DNA of 64,000 nucleotides from Schizochytrium sp. TIO01 (GCA_004764695.1 SMSO01000035.1:3174040-3238039); one strand, 5' to 3'. Positions 11,584 through 24,941 are shown, counted from the first letter of the stretch. The notes: generated by a model from the letters alone, not told the origin. Numbers and translations: made by a program.

Positions 11584-12887
11584 ATGGTTCACAAACTCTT
11601 TGTCTTCTTGTCTTCATCCTAATTTTTACCTTATACTATTTTCATGAAATTTAGTAAATCATCATTTTGCTCTTTAATCTCCATGTTGTAGCTCTAAAGT
11701 CCCAGCGCTGCTCTTGTAGATTCTGTGTAAGGCCTTGTATTGTCTTTGCCCATAGCAGGTTTAAAAGTCTCGACACAACAAAAAGGCGATAATTCTTGCA
11801 ATGATAATTAAACGGAAACTTTGCAAGCCATTGTCTAATAGCACTAATGGAATAAGGGCTTTTACTTTTCATTTACAGGAGGTTCAAATTGAAGAGGGAG
11901 GTTAGAATCCGAAAAGCATTGCACTCATTATTTAAAATATTTGTTTTCCTTTTCAGTGGTTGGGATGCTGCTCGATTGCAGTCTACGAAGAAATGCAATC
12001 CAACTCAAGGACAAATGCGTTCTTCCAAAGGACAAGAGGACACACTGGCCATTCAATAGCGAGCCGGTCGGAATCTCAGGTTAATATGCATTCAATGATT
12101 GATGACAGCAATCCATGAAACCTAAAACAATCCAACTTAAGCTGCTGAGGATTTCATATGCAACTGGCTAGATTGAAAAAAGTCATGAGCTCCCAAATTC
12201 AGTTAGACAACAGCTACTATTTTACTAGCATTGGCTTTTCGTTTGGTTTCATTTCAAACTTCAAAAATGCATAGAGATGTAGGATTCTCATACAATCATT
12301 GTCTTAATAAAATAAAAGTATTACTTTTAGAGTCCATTCCAGCCTTCCAATATTTGTGGTCTGAGGCACGTCACACAATCTTTTTCGAGCTAGACCGAGC
12401 TATGCACGCTTCCAATCAACTTTCAACCAAACAAGATGATAGTAGATTTCCAATCGTCTTCAGTGCTTAAAGTTGAGAGGGTCGTTGATCTTGCATTCTA
12501 TCATTTTTCGAGCTTCAAGAACAGAGATTCTTCAGCTCTATTTCATCCACTCGAGCAGGACAATGCAGATAATAAAAGTGTCATGAATGAAATTTGTGTT
12601 GTGATAGCTACGATGTCGACATCTCATGAATTGTGAGTCCTATTTTGTCCCTGTTCATAGAAAAGCTGTCCTGACCCAGTACCTTCTGATTTCTAAATGC
12701 TTGAATACTCGAATTGAATTCGTGATTACGATTCGCCCCGACTGAGGGAGGTATAAATAAAGTGCGATGTCAATTATCTAGATCTAGATGACGCAAAGAC
12801 CGAGATTTTCAGGCTAGGGCCTGTGTTTTATATTTTCACAAAAAATCATTGTTTGTAAGCAGCCAAGCCGGAGGGAGGAATGAACTG

Positions 12888-12927
12888 GAAGATCAATCTC
12901 TCTGGCTGAAGATCAATCTTTCTGGCT
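12888..12927. repeat. 20-bp tandem duplication
   Basis: gaagatcaatctctctggct followed by gaagatcaatctttctggct (1 mismatch). Confidence 0.8.
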
Positions 12928-15900
12928 TAAGTTCTATGCCTCACTTGTCGACGCTAAAACGCGGCCGTTTCCACCGACTGCCCAAATTCTCTACCAAGAA
13001 TTGATTGGCCAACTGCAATCCCTAAGCTTGCACGTGGGGCGGGCAAGGCTTCCCGATTCTAGCATTCACAGTAACCGCGCCTAGTCTAGCGAGATGTCAC
13101 GAGCTGTTTAGAATTATTGCGGCGCTCGCACATTACGTTTATTCTTCTTCAAGTTCGAGCGACAAGCTCCCCATGGCAGCGCGTTTCTCTTCGAAACGGC
13201 GTTGCATTTGTCTACCCAGCCAGGTACGACTCTTTGCGCGACATCCGGACGAACTGAGTCAACTTGTGCGCATTCAAAGCCCACTCGTTCCCGTGGGCGT
13301 CGTCTACCTGCAGCATGCGTTTGCAGCGTGTATCGATGGCGCGCTGGACAAAACTGGGCGCACGCGCTCTCATTCTTAGCATACGTATGTCTCATAAATG
13401 CAGAACCTCTCAACATCTAAGCAAACCGTGGTAGCATATATGGTTTGTCTTTACAATTCATTATCGCCATGAGTTTGGTGCTACCAGGAAATCAATCTCG
13501 AGGTCAGGATTTTTGTGTGTATGTATTCTCAATTACAAAACGAGGAAATCTCTGATGGTTGATCACCTTCGTAGAACAAGTCAGCGCAGTGGACCCAACG
13601 AAGTAATTGAGGTGAGGTTCCTCCACCGTGGTGGCGATGTCTCCGCTGGAAGAAGCGGGGCGTCGAGCCAGCCTTGAAAAGGTTCTACGCCTGTGAATAG
13701 ATAGCTTCGTTTGAACAGCGCATGGTTTCTCGACTGTGATAGTTTTTCTTTTCTGGTTTACAATACCTCCTGCCTTCAATTTTAAGTCCCTGGTGCTTTG
13801 GGCTTTTCCGGGCCTTTTTTTAATTTTATTTTTTTAAAATCTTATTTTAATTTTTACTAGGAGTGTTTATTTACAAATAACTTTGAAATTAAATTTTAAA
13901 TATGTTTAAAATAGAAATCTACTGCAAGTGGTAGTCCCGTTGGAAGGGTTGGAAGGGAGACAACAGCGTCGAGTGTTTGGAGCGTCCTGAATCGTGTGTG
14001 CATTGAAAATGGGTTTTGATCTGGACAGCTAGCTATCACACGATGTCGCTGTTTGATACTTTAATGCTTAGAACTTGCATAAGTCTGAGCGACCCAAGGT
14101 GTCTTCATGGCGAATCGTTGTGCACAGGTGTGTAAGACTGGCTGAGCACGACAAATTTGTTTTACAATTAAACATTAGTTCTAGAACAACTGGAGAACAA
14201 CAATAAATTGACTAGCATGCAAAGAGTGGCAAATCTGACCCTTCTTTGGGTTCCTGGCCTTGAACAGGAGCATTCGGTTAACTGAGTGACCTTTTGCATA
14301 AAACGCCTAAATTCTTCCAGGCTAAATTCAAGGGCTATCAGATCTCGTTTTTATTAGGATCTAGAGTTTATGAAATCTGTATAATCAAAGTTCTTGATAT
14401 AGCCCGGTGTTATCTTCTAATCTATGCATGAATTTCGAAGGTGCGAATGCATTGGAAGTTTTCGAATGTGAAGATCTATGCTATCGATTGAAGTCAAGAT
14501 CTAGAAAAAGAAGAAATAGGTTTCCATATGGAATTTTCAGGGTGGAACTTGCCCTCTAAAGTTGCGAAAACTGTCTGCCTCTGAGCTGATGTTGGTTCTC
14601 CATCCAAATGCAGTCATTTTGACTACACCAGCAATGCATTGCCGTTTTATTTTAGCCCCTCGCTCGGCCGTCACGAAAGGTCAGGCTTCCAGGCAAAAAA
14701 GTACTGTAAACACCCGCATCGTACTCAGCTATATGGTCTCACCGTCCGTGGCCATCCCCTGCAAGGACAGTATAATTCAAAGGCGGCCAATTTCAATCTT
14801 CACTCCTACTCCAACTCAGATTCGACTTTGAAGTGGTGGTAAAGTTTTTTAAAAAAATCTTTTAATTAAAGTTATACTGTAGCCGTTTCCAGTTTTAAAT
14901 AAATAAATAAATAAATAAATAAGTACAAAATAGTTCAAATTAATAAACGAAATTAAAAAAAGGGCTCGAGCCGAGTTAAAAAATAGAAGGCGTCTCACTT
15001 TGATTTGATAACTTGGACGAAGCTGGAAAACCCAGGAGGCATCATCTAATACTTCATTGTAAATCATAATGAATTTCGCGCCATCGCTTTATTTAGGCTC
15101 AAGTCGTCCTGTCCTCGTGGCTACTCAGTCCCTTGTAGCCATGATTTACTTTAAACACTCCTTTCACCACGATATTACGACATTAACATAGTTATTATTT
15201 TTAATATTTTAAAAAAAGGAAAAAAAAGAGCTTATAGAATCAGTAAGTACCTTCGTCAACTCTGGTTCTGGTAGTCCGGCCCCTTCAACATTACCAGACT
15301 CCGCAAATGCGTGCTCGGCAAAGATTTTGAAACAGATCTTCGTGGGTGTGTAGAATAAGTAAATAAACAATGCATAAAGTTGCGCGTGGATGTAGAAGGT
15401 ATCTACTGCCTCCATCGAGAGCCCAGACTCATGCCAGTCTCTGCGGTTCCTGAAGTCGATATACGGGCGGGCATCTTGGCTTTTCAAAGCGCGGCGATGA
15501 GCGGTGCTTCTTTGCGTCAGTCAGAAAGGCAGTCTCGGCAGCTGTGGGAGAGCTTCCCTACAGTGAGGGCGCGGTCAGACGTTCGGCAGTGTCAGCTTTA
15601 TGCTTTACGTCTCAGGGAATCTACGCAGCTCGTAACAGCAGTTAGTTAACTCATCCTTCGAGTTCCTTTGGCGATATCTCTCGAAAGGTCGCCCCATCTT
15701 CGTTTTGCATCATGTTTTCAATCGAGGCAGCTTGACCTGAGCTCTTCTGGCAGCAGAGTCCATCCATGATGGAGGCCCCGTTCTCATCGGCACCAGCCGC
15801 TGGTTCTTTCTCGCCTTCGCACCCTTTGTGGTGATCGCAGGCGTCCTGCGCTTTGAAAGCTCGCCTCGTTCTCGCTTTCAACCAATCGATCAATCAATCA

Positions 15901-16776
15901 AGTTCGAAGGCTTGGGCGAACTCGACCCACAGAACCTGTTCCATACGTTCCACCACTCGTGGCTCCCCATCATATTAACGACTACGCGTTCCAATTCCGA
16001 GGAAGCCACTGAGAACACGGCAGCAGTCACGGCGCCACCATTGTGGCTTGGCACCTTTTGCAACAAAAACACGTAACGAAAGCCCCGTCTCGAGACGCCT
16101 CGACTTGATGCTTCTTGCCTTGAGGTCTGTCTATAGGGCCGCCTCCAATTCGTGCGATGCGCAGGCAAGTTCTAGGAAAAGCACGCCCACAAGGAAACTG
16201 TCGCGGGCCTGAATGCCTGAAACAAGGCCTTGGTTGGTTGGTTGGATGATTGTTACGCGTGAAGATCGTCCTCGTTCATGGTTGGACGACTTTTCACATT
16301 TGCGGCGCAGCGCACGGTCGATGAAACTTGAAATGAGGCCTTGCCACTTGCAGCTGAATGGTTGTGCGCATGGAAACCTGGGGATCTAGAGCCTTCCGCT
16401 TCAAGCAATATCCAAGCATCCAGCAAGATTTGTAATATCCATAATTTATAAACCATCGATCGCTCAGTGAAAGGTCTGTGTACCTGAAATTATGCCTCTA
16501 GAGCTCGCTCGTTCGCTCTATCTTGTTGCTTTCCCCAAAACATCAAACAGGCACCGATTGCCACGACAGCAAACTTTAGCCATTGCGAATTAATCGACTT
16601 GCAGCAAAGAGCGTCAGCAAAGCAAGCTAACTTTCGACGCTTGCATTGTGAAATACGCCGCCGCAATCTTCGCGCAGATGTCTCGAAGGCGCACGCCAGC
16701 TTGAGCGAAATGTAGAATGCACTCTACAATGGTACCATAGTCCACTCATTGGAACGTTTCATTCGCGCCTTTTCAC

Positions 16777-16777
<1 letters not shown>

Positions 16778-16815
<38 letters not shown>

Positions 16816-16838
16816 CTAACGAACGAACGAACGAACGA
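16778..16838. repeat. Compound tetranucleotide microsatellite (ACTA)n-(ACGA)n
   Basis: Directly visible. Confidence 0.9.
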
Positions 16839-18580
16839 AGTGCCTTCCATCATGGTGATTGATTGCCGTTATCTTGGACATGCGTTCGAGCAGCGCAACG
16901 TGAAAGGTGAATAGGGCCAGTGGCGCTGACGCTTTCGCTGCGCTTGAAGTATCCGGAGGGCTTTTTTTGCCTCGCGACGGTCTCTGCAGTTCCGTGCATG
17001 GAAATGGACACGCACAAGATCGACGTGGTCGCTCTCCGTCACGGCCTTCTCTCACTCTTTCAAGGCGCTCACTTGAGGGTTCAAATGATGTTCAATTTGC
17101 AGAAAACGAAGAAACAAACAAAGTGTACGCCGCAAACCCTCCCTCCCCCTCACAGGTGCCCCTGAGCGCCTCCCCACAGCCAAGAGGAACGAGCGCCCGC
17201 TGTGGGTGGAGAACTACCCACAGCCCGCGCCACCTGTGTCTCGAAAGACCCCGTCGCGGCGGCACAGGAGTCGGTTCCTGAGAAAGCATGAGCAAAAACG
17301 CCATTTCACTCTATTTGAGTTGCCGCTTTGGACCTTGGAAACAGCTGTTCCAAACGAACGGCTTCGTCAGCGATGGCAGAGTAGAATAGATTTCTGGAGA
17401 TGCCGTTTCTGGCCCCAGTTTGAACAGTTAATCTTTTAAAATACGTGTATATATATAATGATAAAAGAGCCTTAGTGATGAAGGGAACTCCGAAACTCTA
17501 CATTAGAATGATATAGGGTTGATGAGGGGTCGGTTCATAAATGCATTACAATCAAAAGCTCTCTCGCTCTGATTGAAGGATTGGTTCAGCCCAGAGTAGA
17601 GGCTCTCTATTTGTTTATCTACATCCGAGTCGGCTCACGTCCTGTAAAGGTTCTGTCTGGTTTTCAGAATATAGAAAAATTGATTCTGTTTCTGAAAACT
17701 GTGAAAATTACTTTCAACGATTCACGTGGTCTGGTATTTTCAGAGTGTCCGCTGCAAATTAACGGGGGATCCTGCAAACGAGAATCTCTCGAGCCGCTTG
17801 CTCGAACTCGAAGACGCGCCTTGACTTACTACTGCAAAGCGGTACATCGAACAAGTCTATTCGTTTTCAGTTTGCATTATTCAAATAAAGTTGGTTGTTT
17901 CTTTGTCTTGGGGCTCACTCTTTTGATCTGATCGTCCAACAAACTTTGAAACTTTTAAAACTACTTTTTTTTTTCCTTTTTTTTTTGTAATTAATGTGAA
18001 AGAGTCAAAACCATCATTTTTATGGTTTAAAAGGAATAATATTAAAATCTAAATTGCAAGTACCATGCTTAGATGATTCCGTAACCAAACTTACAGTGAA
18101 TTAACAGAACTGTAAAGTAAGCTGATCTCAAAATTCATCGTCACTCACGCGATTTACAGCCAAGTTATTACAAGGAAATACCACTTTATCAGAAGCTGTG
18201 CGACAGAGCTGACGCATGCGTCTAAGAGGGAGAAAGAGTACGCCTGGGTTTGTCTTTGCCTGCCTCGCCTTTCCTGTCCGAGGGAAGGTGTCTCTTTTTC
18301 CCTGTCTGAATAGAGTTCTGTGCTAACAAACAATTCGAGTTGACGATGAACAATTTACTTTCTACCTTCTTCTTCTTCTTTTTCTTTTTCTTTTTTTTCA
18401 ACTAAATGAAAGAAAAATACTATAGACACAAACAATTGCAGTGAGAAAAAGTTCGAGTTCTTATTCTCTTGCGCTGAGCTGAGTTGCTGCTTCTTCCTAG
18501 GCTCAGAGCACTTGACGAGCGGGGCTGGCGAAGCCGATGACAAGTTCGGGCAAACAAGCAAACCCGAATCGCAAGGAAAT

Positions 18581-18615
18581 CCAAACAGCAAACAGCAAAC
18601 AGCAAACAGCAAACA
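18581..18615. repeat. Heptamer tandem repeat (CAAACAG)n upstream of the secreted-protein gene
   Basis: caaacag repeated about 4-5 times. Confidence 0.8.
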
Positions 18616-18699
18616 CCAAACCTCAATCTCTCAAGCACTAAGAGCTTGAAGAAGAAGAAGACGAGCAAGACTAGCATTAGAGCAACTTGCTGAAAGAAA

Positions 18700-19794
18700 A
18701 TGAGTAGTTCTAGCACCATGAAATTATCGGCACTCCTCCTTCTGGTGGCATGTCTTGCTTGTGTGCAGCCTTCATACGCCTTGACGACGCTTCACAGCGC
18801 GTGGAGAAGCAAGGGAATCATGGTCCAAGGCCTTGATTCTGGCATGGTCGAGACCATGGTTAACGCCTCAGAAATCTCCTTTGAGCCGGCGACCACATGT
18901 GGTCCCATGTGCGCCTCGTGGACATTCTCCACCAAGGGACTCCCGCTCCCCCTCCAGGGATCTCGTGTTTCCCTTGCCATCAAGCGCTCCTCCACGTACG
19001 TGCGTAAGTGGGCCGAGGTGATGGCCCCGTACTACTATGCGCCTGAGGACCGCCAGTTCTGTGCGATTCCGTCCTCCGACGTGCCTACTCTCGACGAGAT
19101 CCCCGAGAGCAACGCTGGCGCCAACTTCGCCACTACCGGCTGTAGCTCTGACAGCACCTGCCGTGCTATTGCTGCTGGCGGTGGTATCGACTACGTCCTC
19201 TTTGACAACGAGGCCTTTGCCAATGAGACCTGCGCCAAGGACACCATCGACTCTGGTGACTGTGAGATCTGTCAGGAGACCTACTCATGCAGCGAGTACT
19301 TTGGTAACTCCAAGTACACTGGCAAGGATATCATTGACTCTTTTGTCACCCCTTGGTTCGATAACTCTGAATACTCTGCTGATGAGCGTGATGCCAGCAT
19401 CGCTTCCACTATGTGCCTCCTCGATGCCTCCTCCTCCAAGGACTGGACCAAGCTCGAGTCTGCTGCCAAGCAGCTTATTGATACCCTTGTTGACTACAAC
19501 GCCACTGACTCCCCTTACGCGTTCACTGAGGTGACTACCTACATTCCCATTGACGAGAGCGAGTACAAGTCCGCCTCTGAGCAGCTTGAGGAAGCTGTTA
19601 TTGCTGTAATCTACCAGACTGGTGGTGACGAGGGTGATGGCTCTGACTACCAGCTTGCCTATGACCTTGTGCAGAACTACAACAGCCAGGTCAAGTCGAA
19701 GAAGGAAATTGCCCTCTTCAACTGCACTGGTACCTGGGACGCCAGCTCCAACCTCAAGGACGACCTCCCTGCCGGCTGCACTGAGGTCGTCTAA
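18700..19794 (+). CDS. Secreted, acidic, Cys-rich protein of unknown function (364 aa; alternative start 18718)
   Basis: Classical signal peptide MKLSALLLLVACLACVQPSYA, many Cys, N-glycosylation sequons (NAS, NET, NAT, NCT), no other TM segment, very strong C/G-ending codon bias. Confidence 0.85.
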   Translation: MSSSSTMKLSALLLLVACLACVQPSYALTTLHSAWRSKGIMVQGLDSGMVETMVNASEISFEPATTCGPMCASWTFSTKGLPLPLQGSRVSLAIKRSSTYVRKWAEVMAPYYYAPEDRQFCAIPSSDVPTLDEIPESNAGANFATTGCSSDSTCRAIAAGGGIDYVLFDNEAFANETCAKDTIDSGDCEICQETYSCSEYFGNSKYTGKDIIDSFVTPWFDNSEYSADERDASIASTMCLLDASSSKDWTKLESAAKQLIDTLVDYNATDSPYAFTEVTTYIPIDESEYKSASEQLEEAVIAVIYQTGGDEGDGSDYQLAYDLVQNYNSQVKSKKEIALFNCTGTWDASSNLKDDLPAGCTEVV

Positions 19795-20920
19795 ATTTCT
19801 AGATGACATTCTGCTTGCTAATGCATGCCTCCATCTTTATCTTCGCGGATTTAGTGCTATCGAACACTCAACAGAGTAGCTAGCGCTGTAATCTTCAATT
19901 AAGTTGATGCGAAAGATTGTGGAGGACCAAGCATTGCAAAACATGACACCCTTCTTTGTCTCAATCACATTCCAAGCTTGACTGACATCACTCCAAGAAA
20001 TGTCTTCTCTTTTTTTTTCGACGTGCATTGCTACGTCTGCTTTTACTCTAATCAGTTCACTCCAGTGCCTCTGCCACAACAATAAAAACCTTTTCTGCCT
20101 GAAAATAACACACTCTACTGTACAACATCTTTCACGCGTGCAGCTCTGACATTCTTTTCTACACCCACTGAAAATACCCTCCTCCCACCAAGCAAAACCT
20201 GGCACTGGTGTAGGCTACTTTCGATGGGCAGCTGCAACATGGTGAAGGATTTGATCCTTGCAAACCCAAGTCAAGCCTAGTGCCCCCAAACAAAAAGCAT
20301 TTTCTTACATTTCTCACTTTCAAATTGGCTAACAGCTCTTGCCTACAACAACTTTCACTTTTAGGTTATAACCCCATTTGATCATTCGTTGTTGCTATCC
20401 CTTTTACATTACTAAACTCAACCTGCATAATAGCGGGGCGCTGGATCACGCCTCTTCAACTTGCTTTTAACCACTCTATATCTAACATGTAATACTCGTT
20501 CTCTCGTTCTCTCATGATGTTCCCCTCATTCCCCAGCTTCTCCAATGAATTTTTCAAATTTCAGAGAACGCATTTTTTTCTATACTTCAATCGTTGTTTT
20601 CCTTTTTCCTTTAAAAAAGATATCAGACTTACCAATAACTGACGCAGGCGCGAGTTTTCGTTGTGCAGTATAGACCCGCGAGTATAAACTAACCTCTGAC
20701 AATGTGTTTTAAGCTTGTTAATCACGCGGGGTTCCGCAACCACAAGAATCAGACTTTATGAAATTGTAAGGAGAATGATGTGGAGACAACAGGGGGTTGA
20801 GAGTCTTGGCTTATTACCACGCTAAGGGTTCATCTTATTCCTGTAGGCTGAGCCTATCGCCTTGTTCAACTACTTTATAAATATCATATGAAAGGTGAAC
20901 AAAGCTTTCGACTTTCTTTA

Positions 20921-20948
20921 CTACAACTACAACTACAACTACAACTAC
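20921..20948. repeat. (CTACAA-like) pentamer microsatellite (ACTAC A)n
   Basis: ctacaactacaactacaactacaactac visible in the intergenic spacer. Confidence 0.8.
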
Positions 20949-21542
20949 TCCAGTAAAGATTTGAGTGGATACCTGAGACTTACCTTCAGATAAGCTGTAT
21001 CTGCTGCGACAATTTAGCTAGTGATTTAAAACACTACGACGCAGAACAGAGGAATCTGAACAAAAACTCATGAAAATGATCAAACGATTGTGGAAATGGC
21101 ACAATGTCATGAGTAAATGCTGTGGTGGTTAGGTTCGTGATAACTATATTCTCCAAAGTTCTGATTCATCCGTTCTTGAGCCTTTACTTTGCTCACCTTA
21201 CCCAATCAGAATTTTAACCCGCGATTGGGCCTTCTTAGCCCCACGTTGTCATCATAGGAAATGCAAATGTTAAAGGTTAATCTCTGCGCGTTAGCATTGT
21301 TGACTATTCCCTTTGTTCCCCACATATTTTTCCCCTTTCTTCTTCAAGGCAAAACTTGAACGTCCACTCACCACTCCCACTTCGCTAGCTAGCGATACCT
21401 GCTCTCACAGTGTTGTGGTATTCGCACCAGAAATCATCGTGACAAAGTAGGCTTTGAATAGGCGCCCTGTCTTGCATAACCGTCTCAAGTGTCCTGGGTT
21501 GCTTGCAGGGCTTCGTTCGCATATTTGAATCTGGTCTCTGCC

Positions 21543-24522
21543 ATGCCTCGGGTTCCAGGCTTTACTGCGCCTCGCCGCCTTGCGCCTGCTCCCGACGCAG
21601 GCAGCAGTGGAAAAACAAAAGCTGTTACTCCAAACCCTGCATCCGATCCCAAAGGCTCTCCTCCAGCCCCAACAGCCGTTAAGATCAAACCCTCGCTTCG
21701 CAGGCCTCGGCTAACAGTTGGCGGTTCCGCCAACTCCGAAGCGAGGAAAATCGAAAACAACGTCAAAAACAAGGTAGGAAATGCGAAAGTATCTGCCTCC
21801 TCAGAAGAAACCAAGACTAAGGTTATCAGAGAAAATGACAGCTGAGAGCGCGATTGGGAATTCTGAAGTCTCTGGGACACAGAGCAAGCAAGTGTACATG
21901 GTTCTGCACACGAAGCGATCAGCAAAAAAACGCAAAACTTGGGATGATGGAGTGCTAGTGCTGGAGAAGAACAAAGCTGTTTTGTATGAAATGGATGGGA
22001 AAGTCATGGGTCGAAGCTCGTACAAACATAATCATGAAGAAACACTACCTGATGGATGCACTTTGACGGTGGCCAGCAGGGAAATTGAGGTTGGAGCACG
22101 GGCGGAACCATCAGCGTTTGAGTCAGGGAGGCTGTTTCTCAACGGACAGGCGAATGGATTAGCAGCTGGGGGAAGAGCACCGTGGACCCTGTCAGCGGCA
22201 GGATCTGCTGTGGTGCCCGGCAGTAAGCCTTTCAAACGAGTCGTGCTTGGTGCATCGAATGTAAAGGAAGGAACCAAGAAAGCCCCACCTCTGCCACTCC
22301 GAGCACTCCATTCAGAAACATCCCCAAATGCTCTCGTTCTTTTGCACAGTGATCCAGAGCGTGGTGTCGGTGCCACCGTCGTAGACCCCAAACTTAGTAA
22401 GCTTCTTCGTCCTCATCAATGTGAGGGAGTTCAGTTTCTTTTCAACAATGTCTCACAATCAAAGGGAGCTATTCTTGCAGATGAAATGGGTCTTGGTAAG
22501 ACATTACAGTGTATCACGCTTATATGGACAGTTCTTAAACAAGGTCCACGCGGTGCTGAAGGTACACCATGGTGTCAACGTGTTGTGGTGGTTACGCCAA
22601 GCTCTTTAGTGAAGAATTGGGACGCCGAATTCCGAAAATGGCTTGGCCGGGAACGAATCGAACCATACGTGGTTTCAGGCACTGCCAAAGAGGCAGCAGC
22701 TACCATTGCAGAGTTTTCTCGCTCGAAAATCCGCAGGGTTTTGATCGTAAGCTACGAGACTTATCGTAAGCAGGCGAGCGCAATCAACGCTACCTCTGGC
22801 ATCGACCTGGTGATTTGTGATGAAGGACATCGCTTAAAGTCTGCAAGCGGAAACCAAACTATTACAGCTCTCCAAGGCTGCAAGACTAGGCGCCGAATCC
22901 TCTTGACAGGTACCCCTGTTCAAAATGATTTGGCAGAGTTCTATGCGATGGTTGATTTTGTGGCTCCAGGTGCTTTGGGCAGTGATGTGCGATCATTTCA
23001 ACGTATTTTTCAGGCCCCAATAGAGCGAGGTACTGACCGGGGAGCTTCTGCAGATGATCGTGAAATGGCAGCTGCCCGGTCTGAGGAGCTGAAAAACCTA
23101 ACCAGTGGATTTATCCTTCGCCGCACTGCTGCCGTAAACGAAAAATTCTTGCCACCTCGAACAGACGTCAATGTTTTCGTGCGACTTTGCGAAGACCAGG
23201 TCAAGTCTTATAAATCGTATGTTCAGGACCATTTGTATGGAAACTCTGCAGGATCGGGTGGCACAGATGCCCTTAAATTAATTCATTATCTGCGGCAGAT
23301 ATGCACGCATCCAGCTTTGGTGAACCAAGATGAAACAAAGTCCGAGAAACATACCCAGCTCTCAGGAGGAGATCAGTTTTCCAGAACTATTAGTGGAAAA
23401 CTTTGTTTGTTGCAAACATTTTTGCGTCAAATTCGTGCACAAGAGCCTTCAGCTCGTATTGTGCTTGTCTCGAATTCAACTAAAACACTCAATCTAATCG
23501 AGGTTATGCTTCGAAACCTCGCATACGGTTTCCTCCGCCTAGATGGGTCTACAACAGCAAGTGACCGTCAAGGTCTTGTCAATCGTTTCAATGCGCCTTA
23601 TCGAGGGGACCCATTGCAATTAGGTTTTCCATTTGCATTTTTGCTTTCCGCCCGTGCAGGAGGGTGTGGTCTCAATCTCATTGGTGCTAATCGACTGATT
23701 CTCTTGGACTTGGATTGGAATCCAGCAACCGACCAACAAGCTGCTGCTCGTATTTGGCGAGATGGTCAGTCCTCCCCTGTCTTCATCTATCGCTTTATAG
23801 CAACTGGTACGATCGAAGAACGTATTTTCCAACGCCAAGAGGTCAAGCTCTCATCTGCGGAAGGTATTCTCAAAGATGGAAGTGGGACGAAATCCTCGTC
23901 ACGGGCTCTCAAGAATAGTAGTAACAAAGGCGCAAAGTTTTCTCGTGCTGAGCTCAAACAGCTATTTGAGTACAATGCCAATACTGAATGTGACACTTAC
24001 GACCTTATGACAAAGAAGGCTACTGCGGAAGAGTCTAAGCACTTATGGGACGCTTACTCGGGTCCCGAAAGCATTCCCGATTCTGCTATGCGAGTTGCTG
24101 CTGAAAACCTTGGGTGCGAGCTAGTCACGTGGGTGCATGCCCAAGAGCGGAAGACAACGTCATCCTCTGAGAATGAGTTTCCCAATGAAGAAGCTGAAGG
24201 GGAAGATGATGCTAGTCTGAGCAATAATAGTGACTCTGAGGACACATCCGAAAAGCCGTTTAGCAAAAGCAGCATCTCAAAACCTGCAATGGCAACTGTT
24301 TCCTCGTCAAAAATGGCAGCAAAGTATAAAAGCGACGACAACGATAACGATGGTGAATGTGATCCTGCTGATGATGACGAAGAAGAAGATGACGAGGACT
24401 TTTTCAACAGCGCGTTCTGTGATGAAAATGATGAGAGCAAAGCATCATCTTCATCCGAACCTAAGAAGAAACGTCGTATCTTGGAAAGCCCAGATGATGA
24501 CGAATCAGAGTTTGAATTGTAA
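21543..24522 (+). CDS. RAD54B: RAD54B-like SNF2-family DNA translocase; N-terminus probably extends to ATG 21543 across a +1 shift or short intron near 21774-21845
   Basis: LRPHQ.EGV, AILADEMGLGKT, CDEGHRLK, LTGTPVQNDL.E, FILRRT, RLDGST, AGGCGLNLIGANRL, DWNPA.D.QAAARIWRDGQ. The N-terminal YMVLHTKRSAKKRKTWDDGVL segment resembles the RAD54B/Rdh54 N-terminal domain. The main ORF is 21781-24522. Confidence 0.88.
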
Positions 24523-24941
24523 ACAAGCAAAAAGAAATTATTATACCATGACTTCGTGATAAGGAGGATAATAGGGCATGTGATTTTATTGATAGCATAA
24601 GAAAGATGAAGTAAGATATTATTCTTTTAAAATTGAGTGTATAATTTCAACTGTAAGGCAAAACATGGTCCGCAGCAAGAAGAAAAAAACTTCTTGCTGC
24701 AAAGGTAGGTGTGTAGGTGTAAAAGAAACAATGGGTGAGTCGCATCGCACAGGTGAGTGTGCATACGTAATCAGGTGGGTGTGTAGGGAGGAATGTGTTG
24801 AAGTGTTTGAGAATGATAAAGACGCGTTGTGTGTGCTGATGCAACAGTGTAGTAGTATAAACGTGTGTGAGTATGTAAAGAGACAATTGAATAACATGAT
24901 GTGCGAGAAACGTGGAAGAAGTAATTGCCACAGTGGAGATT

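Noticed and set aside
10245-11592. Long antisense ORFs (319 and 249 aa) opposite ACADM
   Set aside because: Shadow ORFs caused by the GC3-biased codon usage of the real gene; no protein motifs.
12888-12927. Short direct repeats as a possible CRISPR-like array
   Set aside because: Only two adjacent copies, no spacers, eukaryotic context and no cas genes.
13800-15240. AT-tract-bounded segments as possible MITEs
   Set aside because: No terminal inverted repeats or target-site duplications could be identified.
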